Shown piece after piece: positions 1-11,100 of a stretch of 64,000 bases of DNA. The DNA comes from Stegostoma tigrinum (Eukaryota). The position numbers and the translations under genes were made by a program. Position 1 is the first letter of the stretch. Each line of letters starts with the position of its first letter. The notes under the pieces were generated by a model. The model was not told where the DNA came from and searched no databases. It saw only the letters and a list, made by a program, of their open reading frames with translations. Where the stretch lies: assembly GCF_030684315.1 (NCBI RefSeq), contig NC_081387.1:23120647-23184646 (forward strand). Direction: 5' to 3'.

Positions 1-570
1 TTAGATGGGCTTGAGATTGGTATGACGGGTCGGCACAACATTGAGGGCCAAAGGGCCTGTACTGTGCTGTAATGTTCTATGTTCTATGTTCTATGGAGAT
101 GGGAATGTGGGCGGTTGATAAGCAAGTTTACAGAATACACAAAAATTGTGCAGGTGATTGACAACAAGGAAGTGTTAAGTTATGGGAGGGAAGATGGGCA
201 GATCAGTGGTAGATGTTAATCCTGACAAATGTGAGGTGATGCACTTTGGCAAGAAAATGAGGTGAAGGAGTACTCAATAAATGGCAAGACACTGGAAGCT
301 CAGAGGAACAGAGTGATCTTCGGATACTTGTCCGCAGACCTCTGACTGTGGCAGGACAGTGTAATCAGGTCATTAAGAAGGGGTCCAGGACTCTTGTCTT
401 TATGATTGTGATAAAAATTAAAAGAACAGGGAGGTGGTGCTGGATCTGTGTGGGAATTTGGTTCGACCACAGCTGGATTACTGTGGGATCATGAGGGAAA
501 GTGGGACTTGTCTGGAGAGCAGTATATTTTTGGCAGGATAGACTTGTTAGGCCCAGGAACCTATTCTGCA
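1..570 (+). mobile_element. CR1 LINE 3' tail and older CR1 RT fragments
   Basis: (tgttcta)n tail at ~70-95; decayed aaatgtgaggtgatgcactttgg (KCEVMHFG) motif. Confidence 0.75.
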
Positions 571-2059
571 CTGTCTGATTTTACGATCTTTGCTGTCCAT
601 TTGATGTTACTTACAAGTTTACCCTCAAAGTTAATATTCCCCTCTTTATTCTTTAGTTAGCCATGTTTTGTTGGATTTTAAGGTTTTCCCAGTCCTCTGG
701 CCTACAAATCATGTTTGATACATTATATGTATGTTTTCTTTCAATTTGATGTTACCCTTCACATTGCCTTCCCAGAATCCTCCTTTCTCAATTTGAGGAT
801 GAATCTCAGCCATCAGGCTGAGCATTAGTTTTTGCTGCTTTGTATATCTTCATTTTTAATTGGATCCCCTCATTGGTAATATTTGTTAGCCAACGGCAGT
901 TTATCTTTCTCATTATTTTTGCTTAAATATCTTTCACTACTTATCTCCAGACCTTTGTCATGATCCATTTTCTTTGCCCATTTTAGGCAACTTTCTCCAT
1001 CCTTCTGTGACTGTCCTTGTTAAATTGAGGACGCTGGTTTGAAAATTAGTAGCAGACTTTCTTCTTGGATTTGAAATTCTACCTCATTGTGATCACTACT
1101 TCATATTCATCTATTTCTATTGATCTATCTTGTTCAAAAGTCATGCATTCAGACAGACAGCATTAAGCTTCAACTTTCGACCATTATTTTGTATTCTGTT
1201 TCTAATTTCTGCTCAGTCATGCAATACAGAAGAGGCTTATCGAGTCACTACCAGCAAAGAAAATCTTCTGCCTACAATAATCCCATTTTCCACCACTCGG
1301 CCCATAGTGTGAATGTTATTGCCATTTCAATAAATTTTAAAATGTTATGAGGCTTCCTGCATCGACTGCTACCCTCCAAGGCAGTGCATCCCAGATTCCC
1401 TCCTGACTTGTAAATACTTTGATGGGCTTCATTAATTAAAATATTAACTCATCTGTTGGAACAATAGATAGTTCTTTTCTAAGTATTATTCTTATTCTAC
1501 TCCTAACTTCATTTTCATCCAGCGTTATTCAATCCTTGACACAGCATCAATTCCTTCTCTTTAAGCTTTGAAAACATTACCTTCCCGTCTTTTCTATTGA
1601 CTGTATCCCAACACTCCAGTCTGGGATCAATAGTAACTTCATAACTTCTTATTCTAAAATAATTTCATTCTATTGAGCCCCTTTTGTCAAAAACACTGCT
1701 TCGCATGTTACTTTGTCAAAAGAGTTGTCAGCACTTTGAAACTTAATACATGCTTCTCTCTCACATGACTTCCCAGCACAGACTGAAAAACAAAGTCAGT
1801 CTGGAAAGGTCTACTCCTGTATCATGAGGGTTTTGGGGAAGGTTAGATAGGAAGAAACTGTCCCAGTTGGTGGAAGGATCAACATCAAAATTGAGAATCA
1901 GTCGTAGGCAAAAAAAAATGGGGAACTTGAGGGAAAATGCTTAGACACAGTGTGGGTGGTTAAGTTCTGAAATTCAGTGCCTGACGGTGTGGTGGAGGCA
2001 GGTACATTCAAAGGATCTATGGGGGATGATTGGGATTGGGGGTGTCACAAGATAAACTT

Positions 2060-2225
2060 CTCCCGTGGAGAGCAGCACATATGTGAAATGGTCCTGCACT
2101 GTAACCATTCTGTGATCCTGTGCCTTACTGCAGATGTGGTTGCTGTAGGTCACACAGGTAATCACCAGCACTCACATACTACAGCTCCAACACATCACCT
2201 CCCTGCTGTCTCTATTGTGCTTTAT
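2060..2225 (-). mobile_element. CR1 ORF1 N-terminal fragment (paralog at ~55580-55745)
   Basis: Minus-strand CxxCSMW...HICSK zinc-finger-like motif, comparable to CSSCMMYE...CVCRKC at the 5' end of the CR1 at 42.3 kb. Confidence 0.55.
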
Positions 2226-2364
2226 TTAACTAATGAGGTTGCAAGTTTAGACATATCTCTCAACAATATTTTGAAATCATAAGAAGTAGTAAATTTGACA
2301 TAATGCTCAAACCACCCACTACTCTTGGCAGTTATTGCCCCAGTAAGTTAATACCTGGACATAA

Positions 2365-2723
2365 GAGGCAATGGCCTAATTGCTATTCTCACTGCACTGT
2401 TAAGCCAGAGGCCTAGATTAATGTTCAGGAAACTTGCGTTCAAATCCCGCCATGGCAGATGGTGGAAGTTGAATTCAATTTTAAAAACCTAGAATTAAAC
2501 GTCTCATGATGACCATGTATCCATTGCCAATTGTCAGAAAAACCCACGTGGTTCACTAATGTCCTTTAGGGAAGGATACTGCCACCCTTACCTGGTCTGG
2601 ACTACATTTGACTCCAGGCCCACAGCAATGTGGTTGACTCTTAACTGCCCTCTGGGCATTTAGGGATGGGCAATAAATGCTGCCCTTGCCAACAATGCGC
2701 ACAAGCCATGAATGAATAAGAAA
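2365..2723 (+). mobile_element. tRNA-derived SINE-like element (bipartite; matches 5' and 3' ends of LINE at 12869-16150)
   Basis: Box A tggcctaattg, box B gttcaaatcc, body cccacgtggttcactaatgtcctttagggaagg, tail gggatgggcaataaatgc...gaatgaataag. Confidence 0.85.
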
Positions 2724-3038
2724 GTAACACATGCTCGAGGTCGTACATTTTCATACTGTTTCATTTGCAGTAACTTACCAAATCAGAATTTTAATTTTTC
2801 TATTTGAAGTAAAACTGTTTCAATAAAGAAAGAAATCACTTAGTTATTTCTCTCTGACAACACAGTAACATCTCTTACTGAGTGCAGTTGGGAGCCTCTC
2901 ACTGACCTCACTGTCTCTGTTCCCTTCCTAAGGAGAGACAAACACGACGCACCCAACTCAGTCATATCTGTCAGGAAATGGAAAATTAGTTTTGTTAACA
3001 ACATTAGTAAAACATTCTTTATAAGGAATACGTCCAAG

Positions 3039-3196
3039 NNNNNNNNNNNNNNNNNNNNNNNNNNNNNNNNNNNNNNNNNNNNNNNNNNNNNNNNNNNNNN
3101 NNNNNNNNNNNNNNNNNNNNNNNNNNNNNNNNNNNNNNNNNNNNNNNNNNNNNNNNNNNNNNNNNNNNNNNNNNNNNNNNNNNNNNNNNNNNNNNN
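3039..3196. other. Assembly gap / masked bases
   Basis: Run of N. Confidence 0.99.
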
Positions 3197-3624
3197 GTTG
3201 GTGGTTGATGATTACTGATTCAGGGCCTTCAAGCTAAGCAGTTTGAGAACGACTTGTCAAACCAGCCCCTCAGTTCTGTCAAACCTTTCCCAATGTTTCA
3301 AGAAGGACCGAGTCAGGCTGACGTCAAATCACTTGCCAGTGATATCCATCCCCAAGGATAAAGTGGAAACCAGTTGTATAACAGGTCAGGAGGACAGGAA
3401 AGCAAAGATATATATCTGATAAGAATGGGCAGTAGTTCAGTGTCAAGCCCATTTTATCTTTGCACCATGTGCTAACTTTCTCATCATTTGAGTACAGTTT
3501 ATAAAAAGGCAGCAGAATGTTTCCAACAGCTGAGGAATCAATTACTGTACGGGTTGTTTTGAGGCTGTGAATTTCTCTTGCAGATGTAGTGACTGCTGTC
3601 TGACAAGCTGTTCCATCGAGCAGA

Positions 3625-3902
3625 AGAAGCAGAAGCTTAAACACATGTATCAATAGGTTCAAGAATAACTTCTTCCCTGCTGATATTGGACTGATGCATG
3701 GCCGTTTCCAAATAATGTTGGTGTTATTAATGTCACTGTTGCTTCATGCACCTCTTGTGCAGTGTATTCTGTTTCACTTGTCGCAGCACCCGATGATCTG
3801 TATTTCCTTGCTTACTTTGACTTCTCTGTACTGCTCGCAATCTAAGCTTTTCACTGTACTTAGGTAGATGTGACAACAGTAAATCAAAATCAATCAATCA
3901 AG
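3625..3902 (+). mobile_element. LINE (L2/Rex-Babar-like) 3' end
   Basis: RFKNNFFP-like motif and (aatc)n tail; related minus-strand copies at ~26985-27200, 37880-38460, 59170-60180. Confidence 0.5.
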
Positions 3903-4178
3903 ATTTAATGCTGTGGAGTGACAAGTGGTTCCCAAACTCTGCCCCAATACAGGTCCCAGCGCAAAGGCTGGAATTCAAAGCGTCGCCTGGAAAATCATTC
4001 TGGTCCCACAGTGAGATGTATTCACACAAACTTCACTTTATCCATTAAATACATGCCTGGAGGTGATGCATTAACTTTATTAACATTAATAATTTTCGGT
4101 GAATTACAGTTGAAAGAGCAACTTGCCCGCAGTGACACATTTGTTCGAAGGAGGGAGCAAAAGCCAAAGAGCGAATTC

Positions 4179-4193
4179 AGTGAAAACGAAAGT
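4179..4193 (+). promoter_or_regulatory. ISRE/IRF-E motif upstream of butyrophilin exon 1
   Basis: AGTGAAAACGAAAGT (GAAANNGAAA core); identical in paralogous copy at 56433-56447. Confidence 0.65.
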
Positions 4194-4234
4194 AAATGTT
4201 TTCAGGGAGGGGCTGTCGTTGTGAATGTCTCTAT

Positions 4235-4296
4235 TTTTTACACATTTGTCCGAGAAAAGGCGGAAAATGTTCGATCAGATTGTGGGAAAGTAAGAG
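4235..4296 (+). other. Putative non-coding exon 1 of the butyrophilin-like gene (start approximate)
   Basis: Consensus donor GAG|gtgagt at 4297, downstream of the ISRE; the ATG exon has a good acceptor at 5073 so an upstream exon is expected; TSS unknown. Confidence 0.55.
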
Positions 4297-4568
4297 GTGA
4301 GTCTGAAACCCTCTTTAATTTCAGGAAGGGCTCATTCCCAGTGGGATCGGGTGGATTTTAGTCCCGCTGAAAGATCCCAATCAAATCCAAGGAGTTGAAC
4401 GGGGAGCCGCTGGGGATTGTGCAGTGAAAAGGTGAAACCTTTCTCCAGTGTCTCTGATCAGCTGCACAGAGCCTGGAGCTGGTTCCTGTCAGTATAAGGG
4501 AACAGGAGGGAGAGGCAATGTCTAACATTCACTTCTCAGGGTCAGACACAGCGACTGGAAAGGGAGAC

Positions 4569-4578
4569 GGAAGTGAAA
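4569..4578 (+). promoter_or_regulatory. Ets-IRF composite element (EICE) GGAAGTGAAA, with a second IRF-like site GAAAAGGTGAAAC at 4426-4438
   Basis: Exact GGAANNGAAA match; retained at 35493-35502 and 56823-56832. Confidence 0.5.
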
Positions 4579-5103
4579 AGGAGGAACAGAGTGAGGGCCA
4601 TGAGATGGAACATGACCCACTGGGGTTTCTGTTTAAAGGCAAATAATTCAATCCTGGAGACAATTGTGACGCTTCATTTCCCGACATAAACTTTAATTGA
4701 AGAGTTTCCCTTGTGCTGAGTCCATTCTCCGATTCCATTCTTTCCCATTTCGGGTTTTCTGCCTGCACCATCGAGAGCAGTGAGTCCAGCTGCTTGGACC
4801 CTCAGGTCCGGAATTCTCTCCCTCCCTCAATCCGTCAATTCCTCTCCACTTTCCTCCGCCTCCCTTCGGATGAAAGGGATGAAATTTAAAATTTGATGTA
4901 ATTTAAAGAAAAAATAATTACACCTTTAGGAATATCAAAGAATTGCGTTAATCTGGACAGTAGAATATGTCCAGGAGGTTTGTGATACATGGCGTATTGA
5001 ACAATGAAAGGTTTATACTCTGAAACAAAGATTGAAGGCACTGAATGACAGCTGTATTTTGTTTGTGTATCAGGCCTGGTTATTCTGCTGAGACCCCACA
5101 AAG

Positions 5104-5161
5104 ATGGAAGGAGTTCACCTCATCCTGCTTTTGCTGTTTGGGATTCCATGCTCTGTGTATG
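5104..5161 (+). CDS. Butyrophilin-like coding exon 1: signal peptide [19 protein letters not shown](G)
   Basis: Acceptor ttgtttgtgtatcag ends 5073; ATG in strong Kozak context (AAGATGG); hydrophobic core; donor G|gtaagg at 5162; phase matches IgV exon. Confidence 0.85.
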
Positions 5162-8100
5162 GTAAGGAATATATTAACATTTGATCATTTTTGATTGGAT
5201 ACAACACATCAACCAGGTATCAAATTGGAACAGTACGTTATTGAGTGAATATTTGAGACCTTAACTGTTGCTTTGCTTTATTTGCTGTTTTAACACATGA
5301 GAGTTTGGCATTTCCTTGAAATGAACTCAACAGATGAACTGCAATTACAGTGTCTATTGTGTAACGTATCAGATGTTGTAGGGACTGAATGCAACAGATA
5401 CCTGGCTGACATCTCCTCTTGTGTGAGAGAGGCTGTTTAAGATTAAGGGCTCACCCTTTTAAGATGGCAATGAGAATGTTTTTATTTCTTAGGGACAGTT
5501 TAGAGTGTGGAATTTCCTTGCCAGAAGGTTGTGGAAGCTGAGTCTTTAAGATAGTTGAGTTAGGTACAGTTTTTGACTGACAGGTGAGCGGAGGTAATGG
5601 CGCTGACAGGAAAGGCTGAACATGACACCACATCAGGTCAGCCATGTTTTTGTCAGGAAATATGGGCTGCTTGTTTTTAAAGCTACAGAAATCAACAAAA
5701 CTGAGTGATATCTTCACCCAACGCAAACTTATTGGAAATGGGTATCAACAGGGATCTGACTGCCTTCATGTATTAGACCTATCATGGCCTTGGTGATATT
5801 CCTCCCTGACAGTATCCTCACCCTCAGAAACTGCTGCCGTTTTCCCAGCTGTTCAGTGTCCAGAATATCCCACAGAGGGTATAGACACAACATGGATGAC
5901 AGCTCAGTGATGATAGCCAGGACCTCCTCAGTCTCAGCCTGTACTTGGACTCTGACAGCTGTCGATATTGATAGGGAGGAGGCTGATCATTTCACTTACA
6001 TTCGTGCCCACCTCTCAGGGAAATTGGGGCTGTTCCCCTGGTGGCTCAGTGGTTGGAGGTTCCTGTTGCTGCTGGGTTTGGTGACACCTCATGTCACCTC
6101 ATGATCAGCATCGCCTGGAGGAATCCATTCAGTGCTGGTTCCATCTCAGATGAGTCAGCAGAAATTCTGTGGACTGTGTCAGAAGGCGCGCACAATGACA
6201 GCGACATGTTCCTGATCCAAAGAACAAAGAAAAGTACAGCGTAGGAACAAGCCCTTTGGCCCATGAAGTCTGTGCCAACATCTGTACCTTCTCCAAAGCT
6301 TCCACATCCTGCTGGTAGTGCGGTGACCAGAACTGAATATAATATTCCACATGTGGCCTTACTAAAGCTCGACACAGCTGCACCCTGGCTGTATCCCTCA
6401 CGCTGATTCACAATGAATTGACTTGTGAGTTTGTCACACAATGTGGCTGGACTCTTCACCTTTGCAAGGAAGCCGAGGTTATGGTTTGCTATGGTGTTCT
6501 GAACGATGTGAGCTAATGGAAATGTATGTTGTAGATCCTCAGATGCTAATGCTTCACTGGGTGAGTTAAGTTCAGACACGCATTGACCCTCAGAAATGCC
6601 AACTAAAAGGACAGTTACTCCTGAACATCATAGACCACGTTGATGCATACACAGACTTTGGTATGAGAATGAGGCATCCTCTGCAAAGTTGATTACAGTG
6701 TAGTGTAGGCGAAGTGACACAAGAATGGCAAATTCAGTTGAGAATCTTAATGTGCGTCTCCATGGATTTGTGTATCTGACATAGAACATAGAACGTTACA
6801 GCACAGCACAGGCCCTTCAGCCCTCAATGTTGTGCCGACCTGCCATACCGATCTGAAGCCCATCTAACCTGCACTATTCCATGTACGTCCAAATGCTTAT
6901 CCAATGACGACGTAAATGTACCTAAAGTTGGTGAATCTACTACTGTTGCAGGCAAAGCGTTCCAATCCCTTACTACTCTCTGAGTAAAGAAACTACCTCT
7001 AACATCTGTCCTATATCTTTCACCCCTCAATTTAAAGCTATGCCCCCTCGTGTTCGCCGTAACCATCCTAGGAAAAAGGCTCTCCCTCTCCACCCTATCT
7101 AACCCTCTGGCGTATAACCATCTTAGTTTATACGGTTCATGACCACAATTATTCAATGTAGGCAATCAATATTCTGTCAGAAATTTTCAGATGGTTTACT
7201 AAGTTTAAGAATGAGCAGTGTAGAAATGGTACATTAGTAAATAAGACAAAAAAACTGATTTGAAACAAACTTTATCATGCAGCAACTGGTTAGGCTATAG
7301 AATGTACTGCCTTGAAATGTGGTGGAGGGATATTCAATTGAGATATTCAAGAGTATATTGGATAGTAATGGTACTCCGGCATATAGGGAAAAGGCAGGAG
7401 ATTACACTGGTGTATTCCCTTGTGTCAGATACGGTGGACTGAATGGCTATCTTCTGTGCTGAAGGAATCTGTGACTGTGATTGGTGTGCTGTTGCTAGAA
7501 GTATTTTCTTTCTCCCCACTGGCTGCAACATGCATTTCTTGTTGTATATTTGAAAGAGGTTGATTGGTTACAGATTACTTTGCAACAGATTCAGATATAC
7601 TTGAATGTAACAAGAACATATCAATTAAACAAATCTGAACAGATCACAAATTTATTTCTGTGTGATATGAAACAACATTATTTACTGTGTTCGTCATGTT
7701 ACAATGGAGTCTGTGATGTTGGGGTGGGGAAAAGCTGTGTGAAGTGGGCAGAGACTGAGGAAGAGTTTTGTATTCACCTCTGGCTCCGTCAAAAGTGGAC
7801 ATTGGCAGGAATACGATCAGGTCTCTGACTGGGTCCACGTGGTCAGATCTAGTCTCCTTACCTTCACAGAATTATAGAATCCCTACAGTGTGAAAACAGG
7901 CCCTTCGGGCCAACAAGTCCACACCGAACCTCAGAGCATTCCACCCAAACCCATGCCTTTAGCTTACCTAATCTACACATCCCTGAACACTACAGGCAAT
8001 TTAGTATGGCCAATTCTCCTAACCTGCACATCTTCGGACTGTGGGAGGAAACCGGAGCACCCGGAGGAAACCCACGCAGACGCAGGGAGAAAGTACAAAT

Positions 8101-11100
8101 TCCACACAGACAGTTGCCTGAGGCTAGAATCGAACCTGGGTCCCCGGTGCTGTGAGGCAGCAGTGCTTATCACTGAGCCACAGAGCCACTCACTTCTAAT
8201 TTTGTTTTTTATTTAATTGTGTGAGGCCATGTGCTCGGTACGCAGCTTTATTAGATGCAAGCGCAGGCCACAATCAGAGTATTGACGATATGACCTTAAG
8301 GAAAGATATTTGCAGAGAGGGAGTGCAACAAAGTTTCAGCAAAAAATATTCCTGTAATGCAAGGATTGTCCTATGAGCAAAGATCATTGGCCTGTATTTC
8401 CTGGAGTGAACTTATTCAAACATGAACAATTCCAATGTGGATTGACAAGGAAGGATGAAGCAATGTTCCTCCTGCTAGGGGTCTCGAACCAGGTGACACA
8501 GTCTCAGACATTTTCTTTAGTTAGGAAGGAGACATGGGCATCACTGGCTGAGCCAGCATTTACTGTCTGCTCCTAGTTGCCCCCTTTAGTAGGTGATGGT
8601 GGTGAGCAACCTTCTTGGACTGCTGCAGTGTATGGGCGGTCAGTAGATCCACAATGCTGTTAGAGAGGGAGGTCCAGAATGTGCTGTTCTGGCCATATCT
8701 GTGCCCAGGGAGCTCTGGTAGGGATCTGTTGCCAGAGGAAGATTGGTGGGTACACCCAAAAAGAAGGAACTGGAATTCTACCTGAGGAGCTCTTAGGCTT
8801 TGCAAGAGGTGATAGCTGTGATTTGGACCATTTACACTGAGTGACTGCCTGCCAATTTGTGAGTTTGAGCTTTGTTGTATCAGCTACTTAGTATGTAATT
8901 TATAGATTAATTGGCCACAATATACCAGCTAATTTGCGTCATTTCTGCATGTTTTGGTTAAATTAACAATGATCGTGTGAAATCTTGTTTGTTTGATTAA
9001 AAGTGTCACCTCATAACAGTGATTTTAAAGTGTAATGATTGATGTATTTGAGATTTACAGTAGTTAAATGAGACACCACCTCTGCAGGTGACTTCCGAGT
9101 GAGTGGCCCAGGCCGTCCTGTGGTAGCCGTTGTGGGTGAAGATGCTGTCCTGGAATGTTACCTTGTGCCGAAGGTATTTGCCAACAACATGGTGGTGCGC
9201 TGGTTTAAATCAGGCATTCGGTTACCGGTTCACTCATACAGAAACGGGCAAGACAACACTGCTGCTCAGCATGAGGATTACAAGAAAAGGACTGAACTGT
9301 TTAAAGATGAAGTGTCCAAAGGCAATGTTTCTCTTCGAATAAAGAACATAAGGGTGTTTGACGAGGGGAAATACCTGTGCACAGTTGATGACAAAACAGC
9401 TTTTGAAGAAACTACGATTGAGCTAAAAGTTGGAGGTGAGTGAACACATCTACGACAAATCAGTACCGTATCAAATTGATACTTCAGTCAAAATGCAAGT
9501 TGTTTTTATGAAAGTAGTTATTTATCTAGTGAAAACGTTTACTTAGAACATTGAACAACATATTGTACATTTCATCAGGAAAACACTTGCAGTAAAAAAA
9601 TTTGCAGGCTGTATTATTGCAGTAGCAGGGGATGATGTACCTGCATAAAGCTGATTTGGTGAAAGTTGAGGTAGCCAAAAGAGTTTTTTTTCCAGTTTTA
9701 ATTTCAGAAGTATACTTTATTCACAAGTTATCTATGAGTAAAGACAAGCAGTGCAAAACAGATCTGTACAGACTTTGCAGGAAGTATCCTGGAATTTTGA
9801 CATTTCTCTTTAGAGCTTCAATCCATTGCTGCTCACAAAATGGCTGCTGCAAAATGGGTGAATTTGCCAAATCACCACTGCACTTCCGGCCTCCCAGCCT
9901 TCCCTTCTAACATGGGAGTGAAAAGACGTTTCCCTAACTCCTCCCTCTTCATCCCCAAGATTGATATCCAAGGGCAGTCATGACTGACCAAATCTGTTCC
10001 ATTATGGACAGGACTCCTTCCCCGATGATTAGGATTTTGCTAATTCCAGGCTACATTGACAGTTAGAAGTGTTGCCTTACAGTGTAAATTTATAGAAAGT
10101 CTTGCTATATGTTTTTGTATTTCTCGCATATTTTTCTTGGACTTGAAAATTTACCTTTTTTATAGTTATCCTTTGCTGATTTCTAAAATGTTCTTGACCT
10201 TCAGTCCTCCAGTGAATCTTTGGAGCATTGAATGTATTTACTTTCAATTTGACACTGTCCATAATTACCTTAGTTCGCTGCAGATGGTCTGCTTCAACTC
10301 AATCTGTATTCATTTCTTTATAAATGCGTTTAAGACTGTGAGTGAAAAACCACAATCTCAGTATGAAACTCTGTAATGTTATAATCACTCTTTGCGAGGG
10401 AATCCTTTACAATGGGATGTTAAACTAATTGTATCTCAGTCCACCCCCACTTCAATGGTACTCTCTTCCTGGGTGTTGTCATCAGTTTCCTCATGCTCCC
10501 TAAAGCCCCTGCAAGAACCATCAAAGCTGTTGGACAGGTACATGGACTGAGGCTCATCCCTCAATGTTACCTTCTGGATGTTTAAACTGCCTCATTCCTC
10601 CTTCCACCATTCTGTTCCTCACCATGGAACAAATCAGCCTCCGGAGACAGTGTCAAACTTACATTCTTCATCCCTGATGCATTGCAGTGTTCGGAGCCTA
10701 CATTCCTTGAGCTGCAGACCCTTCCTGCACATGACATTGTTGTGGATCACACTGATGTTCACCAACATCTGCAACACAGCTGTCTTGCTGTCTTCATCAA
10801 GTTGTATTTAATTAATACAAACACATCACTGAATGGTATTAACATGTCAGGCTTTAAGTTTAATGCAGTGTTTCAGTTGCAATGGCCCTAATTTAAATAA
10901 CGGCCCTAACTTTAGAATAAAAGGCACTCCGAACCAATCACCAACCTGCTGACCTAATTCATGCCTCCAGCTCTCAGCTCTTGGGTCTTACTGACATTTT
11001 TTGTCTGTCTCAGGTCACTCCTTGCCTTTCGTTCAAACATCAGAACGATGCCTTGTCTGTCAGTGTGAGAAAATTGCTGATTTACCACATTTTCTTAGTG

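Noticed and set aside
3918-4361. 147-aa ORF repeated at 56040-56615
   Set aside because: Overlaps promoter motifs, GTG start, broken by a stop/frame change in the paralog, no recognisable domain; similarity reflects DNA duplication
4493-4498. TATAAG as a TATA box
   Set aside because: Weak match lying downstream of the best splice donor; cannot be supported without TSS data
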